The notes below the pieces were generated by a model. That model was given only the letters and a program-made list of their open reading frames with translations, was not told the DNA's origin and did no database searches. Below are positions 21,133-32,422 of a stretch of DNA of 64,000 nt, one piece after another. Source of the DNA: Mantamonas sphyraenae STR306 (Eukaryota > Protista > CRuMs); contig JAPMXV010000012.1 of assembly GCA_026936335.1 (NCBI GenBank), positions 1-64,000 on the forward strand. Reading direction: 5' to 3'. The position numbers and the translations under genes were made by a program. Numbering within the stretch: the stretch's first letter is position 1; each line of letters opens with the position of its first letter.

Positions 21133-22602
21133 TCACCTCCTCGCTCGTTGCACCAACAGCAACCCCACAACCACCACCACCAACTCGGCCACCCACGGCC
21201 CAATTTCCCCTCCCAACCATTCCTCCACCAGCGCTTTCCACTGTCGCCATGCTTCCCGCCCCACAAACCGCACCATCAGCGCCATGATCGCAGGCAACGC
21301 CCACGCCAGCGTCCACACAAGTCCTACTGCCCACGCAGACAACAACACCCCGGCAAAGACCATCGCCGCTTCCCACCCCAGCGCTTGCCACTGTACTTCT
21401 CGCAGCCCTTCCCGCTCACCCACATCTCTCTGGTGAGCCCTCCCGTCCGCCCCACCACGCCCAATCCACATGTCTGCGCCCGCAACTGTGTTTCCTTCCT
21501 CCTGCCTGTCCAACCCCGCCTCTGCATCCACTCCGACTTCCACACGCTCCTCTTCCTCCCCCGGCCCGCCCACACACACCACCTCCACCCGCCCCGCCTC
21601 ACCCACCTCCACGGCCACTTTCAACACCCTATCTTCCTCTTCCTCCCCTCCATGCACGTCCAGCAGCTCCACCACTCCTCCGGCAACCGCATCTGCTGCT
21701 CGTTGCAGCGAACGCGCTCCTTCGCTCTCCACATAATGCTGAGCCACCAGTGCCCGTTCTGCCTTCTCGCCCCAATGCAGCTCCACCCCGTACGCACTCC
21801 GAAGCCGTCTCTGCAACGCGTCCAGCTTTGCTCGCATCAAGGCCACCAGCTCTCCTCTCGTAAACGGCAGAAACACCACTGTCCGGTCCACACGAGCCAC
21901 AAACTCCTTCTTACGGAAGGGATTCCGCCCTTTCGCGAATGTCTGTCCGTCTCCGTACAGTGCCAGCACACGTGCCACCAGGGCCTCGTACCCTGCGCGA
22001 TCCACCTGTCCGCCTGCCTCTGCCACCCACTGGCTAATCTGTGCTGCTCCGAGGTTCGTCGTCATCACAAACACTGCTCCGGAGCAGTTCACCACGCCGT
22101 GTTGCTGGTCCCTCAGATGGCCCTCATCAAACACAGGCAGCATCAAGTCCGGCACCGCGTCCGCGTGTCCCTTTTCCATCTCATCCAGCAGCACCAGACG
22201 CCGTGGCTGCTTCTGTAGAAGCTGTGTCAATCTTCCCCGCTGTCCCGCTTCTCCATATCCCATGGCCGGTCCTACAAGGCTTGCAATAGCGTGCCGCGCT
22301 TTGTAGTTCCCCATGTCGATCGGAAACGGTTCCGCCACGTCGTCCAGACCCACGTCTGTTCGCCACGCTGCCACACGTCGGGCCAGCTCTCCTTTCCCTA
22401 CACCTGATGGGCCCACAAACAGCAATACCAACGGCTTGGATGTGTCCCCCAGACCAAGCTGCCTCGCACGCACTGCGTTTGTCACCACCCGCACCGCATG
22501 TTCCTGGCCCACAAACGTCGACAGAGCAGACGGCAATGCAATGACAACCGGCAGCAACAGTGCAGCCAACAGCACGGCCACCGCCACCGCTCTGCCAACC
22601 AT
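21133..22602 (-). CDS. Single-domain ClpB/Hsp100 NBD2-type AAA+ ATPase with a signal peptide and a hydrophobic C-terminus (torsin-like topology)
   Basis: VGQEHAV, Walker A GPSGVGKG, IDMGNY, SLVGPAMGY pore loop, Walker B LLDEMEK, FDEGHLRD, VFVMTTNLGA, EFVARVD, sensor-2 GARSL. Confidence 0.85.
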   Translation of the reverse strand: MVGRAVAVAVLLAALLLPVVIALPSALSTFVGQEHAVRVVTNAVRARQLGLGDTSKPLVLLFVGPSGVGKGELARRVAAWRTDVGLDDVAEPFPIDMGNYKARHAIASLVGPAMGYGEAGQRGRLTQLLQKQPRRLVLLDEMEKGHADAVPDLMLPVFDEGHLRDQQHGVVNCSGAVFVMTTNLGAAQISQWVAEAGGQVDRAGYEALVARVLALYGDGQTFAKGRNPFRKKEFVARVDRTVVFLPFTRGELVALMRAKLDALQRRLRSAYGVELHWGEKAERALVAQHYVESEGARSLQRAADAVAGGVVELLDVHGGEEEEDRVLKVAVEVGEAGRVEVVCVGGPGEEEERVEVGVDAEAGLDRQEEGNTVAGADMWIGRGGADGRAHQRDVGEREGLREVQWQALGWEAAMVFAGVLLSAWAVGLVWTLAWALPAIMALMVRFVGREAWRQWKALVEEWLGGEIGPWVAELVVVVVGLLLVQRARR

Positions 22603-22757
22603 GCGTAGAAGCCGCTCGCTTTGCGCCGCCGAGCGCTCGCAGTCTGTCTCCCTGTGACGTCATCACTCCCAACACACACCCCAACTCATCTCGGATCAAC
22701 AAACGTTCACTCATCCATTCGTCACTCCTTCTTTCCCATCCCATCACACTCTTCTCC

Positions 22758-24110
22758 TCACAGGCGCTCAATCACCACGGCAATGCCCTGGCCACCTCCG
22801 ATGCACGCGCTGCCCACGCCATACGTAAGATCACGCTCCACCAGCTGGTGTGCCAGGTGGCCCATGATGCGCGAGCCACTTGCGGCCAGCGGGTGGCCCA
22901 GCGAAATGGCTCCACCATCCACGTTGACCTTGTCCCAGTCCACGTTGAGCTCACGACCAACAGCCAGTGCCTGCGCGGCAAACGCCTCGTTGATCTCAAT
23001 CAAATCCATGTCCTTCACCGTCATGTCGATCTTCTCAAGGGCTGCACGCACGGCCGGCACAGGCCCAATGCCCATCACAGTCGGCTCCACACCAAACACT
23101 GCGTACGACACAATGCGCGCCAGCGGCTTAAGGCCATGCTCAGCCACCATGTCGTCGTCCGCAAGCACCAGGCTTCCCGCGCCGTCGGTGATGCCCGACG
23201 CGTTGCCTGCGCTCACCGTCCCATTCTCCTTAAACAGCGCAGGCAAACGCGACAGCGCCTCCAATGTCGTCTGAGGACGCGGTCCCTCATCCGTGTCAAA
23301 GTGCACCAGACCCTTGCGTGTCTTGATGTCCATCGACTGGATCTCCGAGTTGAAGCGTCCGGCCTCGTTTGCCTCTGCCCAGCGCTGCTGCGAGCGCAGC
23401 GCAAACTCGTCGCACTCCTCCTTCGAAATGGAATACTTCTCCGCAAGGTTCTCCGCCGTAATGGCCATCGGCACCTTGGCGTGAGAGTCTGTCAGCGCTG
23501 CCCACAGCGTGTCCTCCATCGGCGGGTTCTTGCCCAGCTGCGTGCCAAAGCGCACCCCACGCACAGCGTACGGCGCCTGCGACATCGACTCCGTGCCGCC
23601 TGCAATGCCCGACTTGGCCTCCCCCAGCTGCATCTCCTTGGCGACCTGGATAATCGACTCGAAGCCGCTTCCACACAGACGGTTCACCGTCAGAGCGGGA
23701 GTCTCGATGCTCAGACCCGACTTGAGTGCCGCGTGCCGTGCCACATACGCCGTGTCTGCCGCAGTCTGCGCGTTTCCGTACCGTGGCCAGGGTGTGCCAG
23801 ACTGCGCGTTAGCGAGAGGGTTTTGCGGACATTCCGGCGACCAAAACACCAGCACAGAAAACTGCGCCCCTTGGCTTCACCCATACCCTGCCTCTGCACG
23901 CAAACGCAAACCCACCTGAGACACATTGCCCATCACCATGGTGTCGATCACCTCTGCCGGCAGACCGCTTGCCTCGATGGCTGCAGTGGTGGCCACCACT
24001 GCAAGCTGCGTCGGCGTCTTGTCCTTCACCGCACCACCAAAGTTGCCAAACGCCGTGCGCTTTGCGGCCACAATGTTGATGTTCTTTGTCAATGCGTTGC
24101 GAGTCGACAT
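22758..24110 (-). CDS. ACAA2: 3-ketoacyl-CoA thiolase (ACAA2-like); intron 23766..23915
   Basis: AAKRTAFG, TVNRLCGSG, NASGITDGA, EINEAFA, GHPLAASG, SACIGGGQG. Confidence 0.93.
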
Positions 24111-24197
24111 GTCGGATTGATTCCTTCAAACACTTGGATTTTGAGATGGTTTGCCCGCCGCACGACTCAAGCAAATCCGCATAGCACACACACCACC

Positions 24198-24710
24198 ATG
24201 TCCAGCGCCACTGATCAAGATCCAAGTGCCACCACTGTGTTGCAGCGAAAGGCTGCTGAAGCAGACCTGGACGCGGTCCTGAAGCTCCTCCGCAAGGGGT
24301 TGGATGACATCGACGTCCCCGACAGCGACGGCAAGACGCCGTTGATGCTGGCCACACGTAGCCGTGCCACAGACACAGTCAAGGCGCTCGTAGACGCTGG
24401 CGCAGACGTGAGCCTTCGTGACGACATGGGCTGGACGGCGCTGATGCTCGCCAGCTGGCAAGGTGACACAGACACTGCACAAGTGCTGTTGGACGCAGGA
24501 AGTGACGTCAACGCTGCCACTGCCAAGGGTGCCTTCACTCCTCTCATTTACGCCGCTCAGGAAGGCCACACCGAAACTGTGCTGGCTCTGCTTGCCGCGG
24601 GCGCAAACGCGTCCTCCGCCCTCGCAGACGGCAAGACCGCACTGGACATGGCCAAAGCAAACGAGCACAAAGACACTGTTGCTGCTCTCACTGATGCTCT
24701 CGACAAGTGA
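24198..24710 (+). CDS. Small ankyrin-repeat protein
   Basis: GKTPLMLA, GWTALMLA, FTPLIYAA and GKTALDMA repeats. Confidence 0.92.
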   Translation: MSSATDQDPSATTVLQRKAAEADLDAVLKLLRKGLDDIDVPDSDGKTPLMLATRSRATDTVKALVDAGADVSLRDDMGWTALMLASWQGDTDTAQVLLDAGSDVNAATAKGAFTPLIYAAQEGHTETVLALLAAGANASSALADGKTALDMAKANEHKDTVAALTDALDK

Positions 24711-24933
24711 TTCCCTTCCGCATCGAGCACAGGCGCCGCGTGACAATCCGAACAAACGTCTTTGTCCACAATCCAATCGACAGCCCCTCCTCTCCTCTCC
24801 TCACCTCACCATGGAATCATTCCTCCTCCTGCCATTCCTTCTGCTCTCCCCGTCTTGCTGCAGCTGTTCCCCCTCTCCCACCACCCCCCAGCCCACCCAA
24901 CCACTCTTCTCGGTCCTCCCTTTTGCGGCTGCC

Positions 24934-27900
24934 ATGACGTCCCATCTTGATCTCCGCTCCGCCCGATTAGTGGCTCTATTTGCATGCTTTGATCTCTTCT
25001 TTGCCATCCTCCTCATCACCGCGGCCTACAAGGAGGCCACCGACGCCACCCCCTCGCTCTCCTTGCTCAACTTTCTCTTCCCCACAGCCACGTTTTTCCA
25101 GACCTCCCTCTTTGATGTCGCCGTAAGTGTGCTCCACATGCACGTGCCCGCACCACAGCCCCACCCTCAAGCACGGCCTCTCAGCAATCGGGACCCCAAC
25201 TTGTCCACGCCACCTTGCCTTGCTACAATTTTTTTCCCGCCCATTTCCAACGCCTAATCCCTCCGTGCGCCGCCTGCATCTGCCCACCTCCCTCCAGTGT
25301 CTGGCCTTTGTGCGCTCTGCGTCCATTTTCACCTATTACTACCTCATGACGCGCTCTTCCATCCACATTTGCGCCGCTTCGGTCGCCGTGACGACCATCT
25401 ACCTTGTTGTCAAGTGCACCATGTACACAGCCTGGACCATCTGGGCCGCCAACATCATGCTGGTCACATCCTTTCTCATCCCGTGGACCGAGGCCTATCT
25501 CGTGCTGGCCAACACCCGTCCTATCCCAGTCGAATTGGCCACTCCAGGCAAAATCCAATCCACCGAGCGAACCCCGCTCATCTACGCCCACTCTGAATCG
25601 GGCCGTTCCGTACACTCCATGCACACTGTCCCAGAAGCCCAGCCGCAGGCACCTCCTCGCCAACCTCCACTGTATGCCGCCGCCCAGAACGCACACACAC
25701 ACCCGCAGTACGACGACGAGTACGATTCGGGCGATCTAGGCTACGACTATGTTGGCCCGTCTCGCCAATCGTATGCCTCCGACTCGATGTACTCCTCCGA
25801 CACGGACTCGGACGAGGACTTTAAAGATGCCAACGGGGACAATTACCACGAGCTGATGGGACAGCACGAGGTGTACCTCGCGTCAGGAGGCGGCCGCGTG
25901 CATCACCATCACCACCATCACCACCAGCACCATCAGCACCACCATCGTCCGCAAGACATGCCACCCTTTGTCATGACCCCGTGGGAGCCGCCCCGGGCCA
26001 CGCACAGGTTTGCAGACCAGCTGGACGACCTGGTCGAAAGCATTCTGATCAAGGCAGACGGCGGCAGCGAAGACGGCTGGCAGGTGCAGGGCACCACAGA
26101 TGGTATCACTGTGGCACTGAAATCCATGGACGACGGTAGCAATTGCATGCGCGGACGTGGTGTCATCCATGCGCCCGTGTGGGCGTGCATGAACTACTCG
26201 CGCGACTTTGACCACAAGCCGACCTGGGACGAGCAATTTGAAAAGGGTGAGAATGTGGAGGAGCTGGACGGCTTCTCGGTCATCGCTCGCCAATGCTTCC
26301 ACGGCCAGTTTGGGGTGAGCAAGCGCGACTTTGTGATGCTGGGCACCTGGCGGGAGGAAGACGATGGCACTGTCATCCAAGTTGGCCGCAGTGTGGAGCA
26401 TCCGGACATGCCCGAGCAGGACGGCTACACGCGTGGCCACATCTTTATTGCAGGATTTGTGTTTCGGCCCCTGGACGACCACACCACCGACGCCACGTAT
26501 GTGGTGCACATGTCGCCCGGCGGCCAGATTCCACAGTTTCTCATCAACCAGGTTAGCAAGCAGCAGCCCATGTCACTGGCGCGCATCCGCGATCAGCTCG
26601 AGTCCATGGACGAGCACGAGTACGGCACCGAGCCCTTTGACCCTGCCCACCCGCCGCGTGTGGAACGCAAGCGTCTGGCACAGGAACACGCCGCACAGCA
26701 GCAGCAGCTGCAGTTGCAGCACCAGCAACAGCAACAGCGACAGTACCAGCAGCAGGCGGCACAGAGGCAGTATCACCCTCAGCAGCAGTATCCTCCCCAG
26801 CACCAGCATCGTCGCCTCAGCCGCAGCAACAGCCGAAGCAGCATTGGCAGCCGTGACAGCAGGACCAGTCGCACCAGCCGTGCAAGTCGCACCAGCCGTG
26901 CAAGCCGTGCAAGCCGGGCCAGCGGACCCAGGCCTCCTGCCGCTGCCTCGTCCGCACAGTTGGTGGCTCGCAAGCCTCCGCGCAGACACCACGAGCACCA
27001 GCACAGACACCAGCACCGCACTATGGCGGACGGACGCGTGGTGGACCGCGTGGTGGATGTGGACCGCGTTGTGGAAGAGCAGGAGGACGACGAGCCCGAG
27101 CCGCAGTATGTGCCGCAGCAAGCTGCCCCCGCCCGCCTGCAGTCAAGCCAAACGCACCAATCGCCTCACAAACACAGCCAGCCGCAGTTTCAACCTCAAC
27201 AGCAGCCACAATCTCAGCCCCAGCAGCAGCAACAGGTGTATAGCAACCAACATCTGAATCTGCCTGCAGAGGGTGGCATCGACGACTTTTCACCCTCCAG
27301 CATGACCACCAACGTGCCCCACGAGTCGCCTCAGTATCGTCCCGGCTCCCAGCGCTCAACGTACAAGTCTGCCAGCCGACTGACCAAGGAGAACGTGGGC
27401 GCACTGGGCAGCGTCAAGCGCGCACACCACCCGTACACTGAGGAGGAGGACCAGTTCGAGGAGTTTGACGAGGAAGACGACATGTACGCCATCCACGAGG
27501 TGGACGAATTCGACGAAGACTTGACGGTGGACACCGATGGCGCAAGCACGCCGCGTGGTGCAACCGCAGCCTCGGGAGGAGCGGGGAGCAGCACGGCTGT
27601 GGCGAGACTGGACTCGTCTGCACCTGCGCTGCACACCTCCTCACCTGTCACCAGTCCCCACAAGCGCGTGCGTGAAACCGTGACGGAAGTGACCACGACG
27701 CGGGAGACACGCATTTCGTCGGCACACTCAGAAGTAAGCTACCGCAGCGAGGGGTCGCTGCCCACGGCCGAACTGTACGCACGCAAGGTGGAAGAAGCGT
27801 TTGACGACCTGGAAGGCTATGCATTTGACGAAGAGGGTTGGGAAGACTTGGGGGTCATCGACGACGTCGTGTGCCAGCGCATCGAGATGGACGACGGAAC

Positions 27901-28438
27901 ACAGGTACTGCGCGGCAGGGGCCGCATCCAGGCTCCTGCTTGGGCGGTGCTTAACTTTGCCGTGGATCCCGAGGCCAAAACACGCTGGGACAGCAACTTT
28001 GTACGCCACGAGGTGCTCGAAGAGCTGCCTGGACCGCCGTACATCCGTGTCCTGCGGCTTTGCTACAAAAAGATCTTTCCCACCACGGCGCGCGACTCGG
28101 TGGTGCTTACGTCGCAACGGTACAACCGCAAGGTCAACGCCTACCAGGGGGTGGCTACGAGCATCGAACGCACGGAAAGGCCGATCGGTTACGAAGACTA
28201 TGTGCGTTCCACCGTGCATGTGGCAGGCTGGGTGGCCATCCCCGTACAGGGGCAGGAGGATACTGCCTGCGACCTCACCTACGTCGTGCACGCCAACGCG
28301 GGAGGAGTCATCCCGTCCTGGTTGGTCAAACAGGCTGCCACGCAGCAACCCACACGCATCAACAGCATCCGCCTGAGCATCATGGGCCAGAGCGAGGACG
28401 AGTGGTTGCGCGAGCCATTTGAGGGGTTTGTGGAGTGA
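24934..28438 (+). CDS. MENTAL domain plus two START domains (STARD3/MLN64-like lipid transfer protein); intron 25123..25297
   Basis: Four-TM N-terminus LFACFDLFF..QTSLFDV..LAFVR..LVVK..SFLIPWTEA; START motifs WD..SKRDFV..GGQIP and WD..ARDSV..GGVIP. Confidence 0.85.
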
Positions 28439-28488
28439 ATGAGTGAGAGAGAGATCAACCCAACACATGTACATAACATCTCGCACGA

Positions 28489-30970
28489 TCATGCCTCTGC
28501 TTTGCCCTCTGCACGAAGCCACTCGCCCAGCCAAACGATTGGGTCAAAGTCGCGAAGCGGATCGGCGACCTCGCGCTCCACGCCTGGTCTCATCATGTCA
28601 CGGGACCAGGGCACACGCTTCTGCTGGTAGTGCTGCACGTGGCGCATCAACGCCTCCAGGCCCTGCTGCACGAGGGTGTTGACCTGCACCCGTTCGAGGT
28701 AATCGTTGTGGTCCTCGTCAGCCCACTTGAAGTCTTGCAACAGATAAAAGTCGAGAGTGCGCTGTTCGAGCAGGTCGTACACATGAAAGGCATTGTGCAG
28801 CGTGGCCGTGTCCTTGACAAGGAAGAGGTGGCCGTGTTCGTCGCGATATCCGACGTCCACGTGCTCATCACCCACCAGACCTCGCAGCATGGTCAGCACC
28901 TGGTCCACCTCGAGCGAGCGTGGGAAGCTGCCGGACACGAGAGGACCCACGGGCGTGCTGTCGACGCTACCGGACAGCACAAACGCCTCAAAGGCCACCT
29001 CTTTGCGTTGCCGCACGGCGTCGGTGACCACCACCACCTCCAAACAGCGGATGGGCTGTTCCATGTACATCTTCAGGGCTTCGTCCAGGTGAGCCTGGGT
29101 CAGCAGCACGCGTGTGCAGTCGTCGTGCATGTCTGCGTCCAGGCGCACGTCGACGTACTTGAGACGGAACGAGGATGCCATGCCATACAGCGCACCCAAG
29201 TGTTTGTAGAGAGCGTCCACGGGGGTGTCGGGCATAATCTGGCAGGCCACCTCGTGGTCGCCCAGGTAGCAGAGCAAGTTGACGGCAACGTTGGGCCCCT
29301 TGTCAGCCAGATCCATGTCGTCGTCGTCATCCACATCCTCGGGATCCACGAGCCACAGATGGCAGTAGTGTTCGCGGGACAGCATGTGATAATGGAAGGC
29401 CATCTCGAGGTCTTCGTTGTCACTGACAAGAAACTCCTCGCGTTCGTCGGCGCTGACTTGCAGCACGAGCTTGAAGAGCACCTGGGAGACGCCCAGCATG
29501 CTGCACACCTGTGCATGCAACACGTCATACTCCAGGTCCACGGGCACGCTCACATCCAGCGTGGGCAGTACGGGCTCCCCTTCCTCAAGCTCCTCCTCGT
29601 CTTGCAGATGGATGCGCAGGTGCACCTGATCCATGGCAAAGTCCTCATCCTCGTCTTCCTCGTCCTCATATTCGTCCTCGTCCTCGTCCTCGTCGTCATA
29701 CTCTGCCACCTCGCCGTCCTCGTAGGCATCCACGTCCGCATCCGCATCCGCCTCTGCATCCAACTCGGCCAGCAGGCGTGTGACTTCGTCGTGGCGTGCA
29801 CTTGGTGACATATCCTGCAACGAGTCGCTGTTGAGCAGCTGGTTCTGCGGTCGAACGGCCTGCATCACAATGACGTCGGGTGTGTCGTGGGCCTCCTTCC
29901 ATTGTTGCCACTGATCATCGCTGTGCAAGGGCGCCAGCGCACCTGATCCGCCTTCGTCGGCGTAAAGCATGCAGTCCTCCAGGCCAAAGTAGTCCGAGGC
30001 CCAGCGTTGGGCGTGGGCCAGGTCCGCGGCCGCGCTGACCATGCTTTCCATGACCTCGTCCTCAAAGACAAAGCGTACGTGGAGGGCGTTGGACAGGTCG
30101 GAGGTGTTGAGCAGGTCGAGGTGGGAGGTGTCACTGTCTGCCAGCTCCAGCTGGACCGGAAGCGAGGGCCCGGCCTCGTGTTGCCTCCACAACGCGTCGG
30201 TCCAGTGCAGATGCGACACCAGCTGCACGCGTAGGGCATTGTCCTGTGTCACATGATACAGGTTCATGTTGTTCACCTCCATGTCGTCCATCACATCCTG
30301 CTGGAACTCGCCCAGGGCTGGGATGTTGTACAAGTCCACCTCCTGCTCCAGCGAGCGCTCGCCAGCCGTGACTGCCACAGTGACAAAGTGTTTGCCCAAC
30401 AGCGGCGTGGGTCGAATGGCGGGCGGATGTGGATGTTCTGTGGTGTGTGTGCGGTGTATGGGTGCGAGTGAGAGTGTGTGAGAGGCACGCTCGGACACGG
30501 AAGGCGAGGCTGGCTCAACGTTCGGCAAATCGGCCAAAGGGCGCGTGCGGAACGCAGCCGTGTGCACACATACCGGTGGCAAAAAGGGCAAACCACAAGT
30601 CCCAACGGTTCTTGTGGTACGTGGAAAACAGGCGCGGGAGCACGGATGGTGTGTTGACCGGGCGCACGCTGCCGTTGTGGTTGTGAAAGTAAAGAACGGG
30701 GTCTTTGAGGGCCTCCTCAGCGCTGATGGCAGGCGAGGAGAGGTTGAGACGTGAACCCAGGGAGCGCAGGAGCCACTTCATCTTCTTGGAGGAGCGAGAG
30801 GACTCGAGGTCGTCGTAGGTGACGTCTTGTGGCAATTCGCCAGCGTCGAGCAGCTGCTCCAGCAGCTGCTGCCACCAGGCGGCCCCCCCGTCCTCTTGCT
30901 CGGCACTCACGGGAAACGCCTGTGTGACATGCGTCTCGTAGTGCAGGATGGGAATGTGAGTTGTCGACAT
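28489..30970 (-). CDS. Protein with several PB1-like domains and a C-terminal Dpy-30/RIIa-like docking motif; intron 30438..30606
   Basis: Repeated OPCA-like segments (VGYRDEHGHLFLV; FRLKYVD..LDEAL; VSDNEDLEMAF); C-terminal YLE..LVQQGLEALM...FDPIVWLGEWL. Confidence 0.6.
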
Positions 30971-31204
30971 GGGCCGAGCGAGAGATTTTGGTTGATGCGG
31001 TGGGTGTGTCGCCTGCGCCGCGGCAGGCAGCACAAAAACGTACAGCTGACAAATGTGAGTAGCCGTGTGTGGGCCAACGTCGATGGAATGGAAGGCGCAC
31101 CGTAGAGAGATGCTGACAACGAATGTGTGTGTGTGTGTACGTGTGGTTGTGCGCTTGTCGTACGTGGCTGTGGCGTGCGCTTTGCTTGGCGGGTTGTTTC
31201 TCAG

Positions 31205-32101
31205 ATGGCCACCAACGGAGCACTCGCATGCGCATACGCCGCCCTGATCCTGGACGACGAGGGACTTGGTGTCACCGTGAGTTTGCTCTCTGCCTGCGTG
31301 TGTTCCCCACAACCCTCTTTGTGTGTGCAGCCTGGCGTGCATGCCTCTGTATCGAGCAGGGTGTGTGCGAAAAGCGGCACGCAAGCGGCAATCAGCCCTT
31401 TTTCTCGGCAAGCCGCTTTTGCAAGCCCTCCCGCCGCCCTCGGCCCAGGTCTGCACAAGGCTGCATGTGCACACAGGGTCAAACACACAAACACAGCGCA
31501 TGTGTTTGTGTGTCTGCAATCTCCGTGTGCCTCGACATGCTTGCCTGTGCGGCCTTGGCTGTGCATGCGGTGCACATTTCGCTCCCGCGAAAACCCTCAT
31601 TGCGGCACGTACACCTTGCACGCGTCCCATCCAATCATCGGATGCTCTCCAAGCGCTGCAGCCACCCGTCGGCAATCGCCTGCAGGTGGAGATGGCCTTG
31701 GATGGATGCCTGGTCGCGTGTACGGGCCGTGGCAAGAAGGGGGGTGCTGTGTGCAAATCGTGATGTCCCTGTACCCTCCCCCCCCTTCCCCACAGCGGAA
31801 CCGCATGCTCACACCACACACGACTCACAACTGCAACCCACAGTCGGACAACATCAACAAGATTGTTGCCGCCGCTGGCCTCGACGTCGAGCCCTACTGG
31901 CCGGACCTGTTTGTGTCCATGGCTGAGAACCAGTCCATCAAGGACCTGGTGACCAGCGTTGGCACTGGTGCAGGTGCCGCCGCTGCCCCGGCCGCCGCTG
32001 GTGGTGATGCTGGTGCCGGCGCCGCCGCCGCCGACGACGACAAGGACAGCTCCAGCGAGTCCGAGTCTGACGACGACATGGGCTTCTCCCTGTTCGACTA
32101 A
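31205..32101 (+). CDS. RPLP1: 60S acidic ribosomal protein P1; intron 31277..31843
   Basis: LACAYAALILDD, VEPYWPDLF, C-terminal ESDDDMGFSLFD. Confidence 0.97.
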   Translation: MATNGALACAYAALILDDEGLGVTVSLLSACVCSPQPSLCVQPGVHASVSSRVCAKSGTQAAISPFSRQAAFASPPAALGPGLHKAACAHRVKHTNTAHVFVCLQSPCASTCLPVRPWLCMRCTFRSRENPHCGTYTLHASHPIIGCSPSAAATRRQSPAGGDGLGWMPGRVYGPWQEGGCCVQIVMSLYPPPPSPQRNRMLTPHTTHNCNPQSDNINKIVAAAGLDVEPYWPDLFVSMAENQSIKDLVTSVGTGAGAAAAPAAAGGDAGAGAAAADDDKDSSSESESDDDMGFSLFD

Positions 32102-32422
32102 GGTGTTTTGCTGGTTTTCCGGAACCACGTCTTACCTCCAAAGTAAACACAGAGAATTGTCATCGCAGTCACCACAGTCACTGCACGAGAGTGCAAGGGT
32201 CGTCTTCCCTGTGCGTCGATGTGTTCCCGTGTGTGTTCTTTCCGGGATCGGCTTCTCGCCGCCTCTCCTGGCCACCACACCGCAACACATCCCATGTCAG
32301 CATCTCCTCTGCGCCCTCACTTGCAATTCCCCGTAGCTCCCACTTCACTGCACACACGCAATCTCTGTCTCGCTCTCCTGCACCCCCAACCAAAAACCCA
32401 CTCCAAAAAAACCACCCTGCTC

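Noticed and set aside
14079-24110. HADH and thiolase within 8 kb as a beta-oxidation gene cluster
   Set aside because: Only two pathway genes, on opposite strands and separated by unrelated genes; chance is sufficient.
21133-24710. ClpB-D2 gene plus nearby ankyrin gene as a split SKD3/CLPB
   Set aside because: They are on opposite strands with the thiolase between them, and the ATPase has its own signal-like N-terminus.
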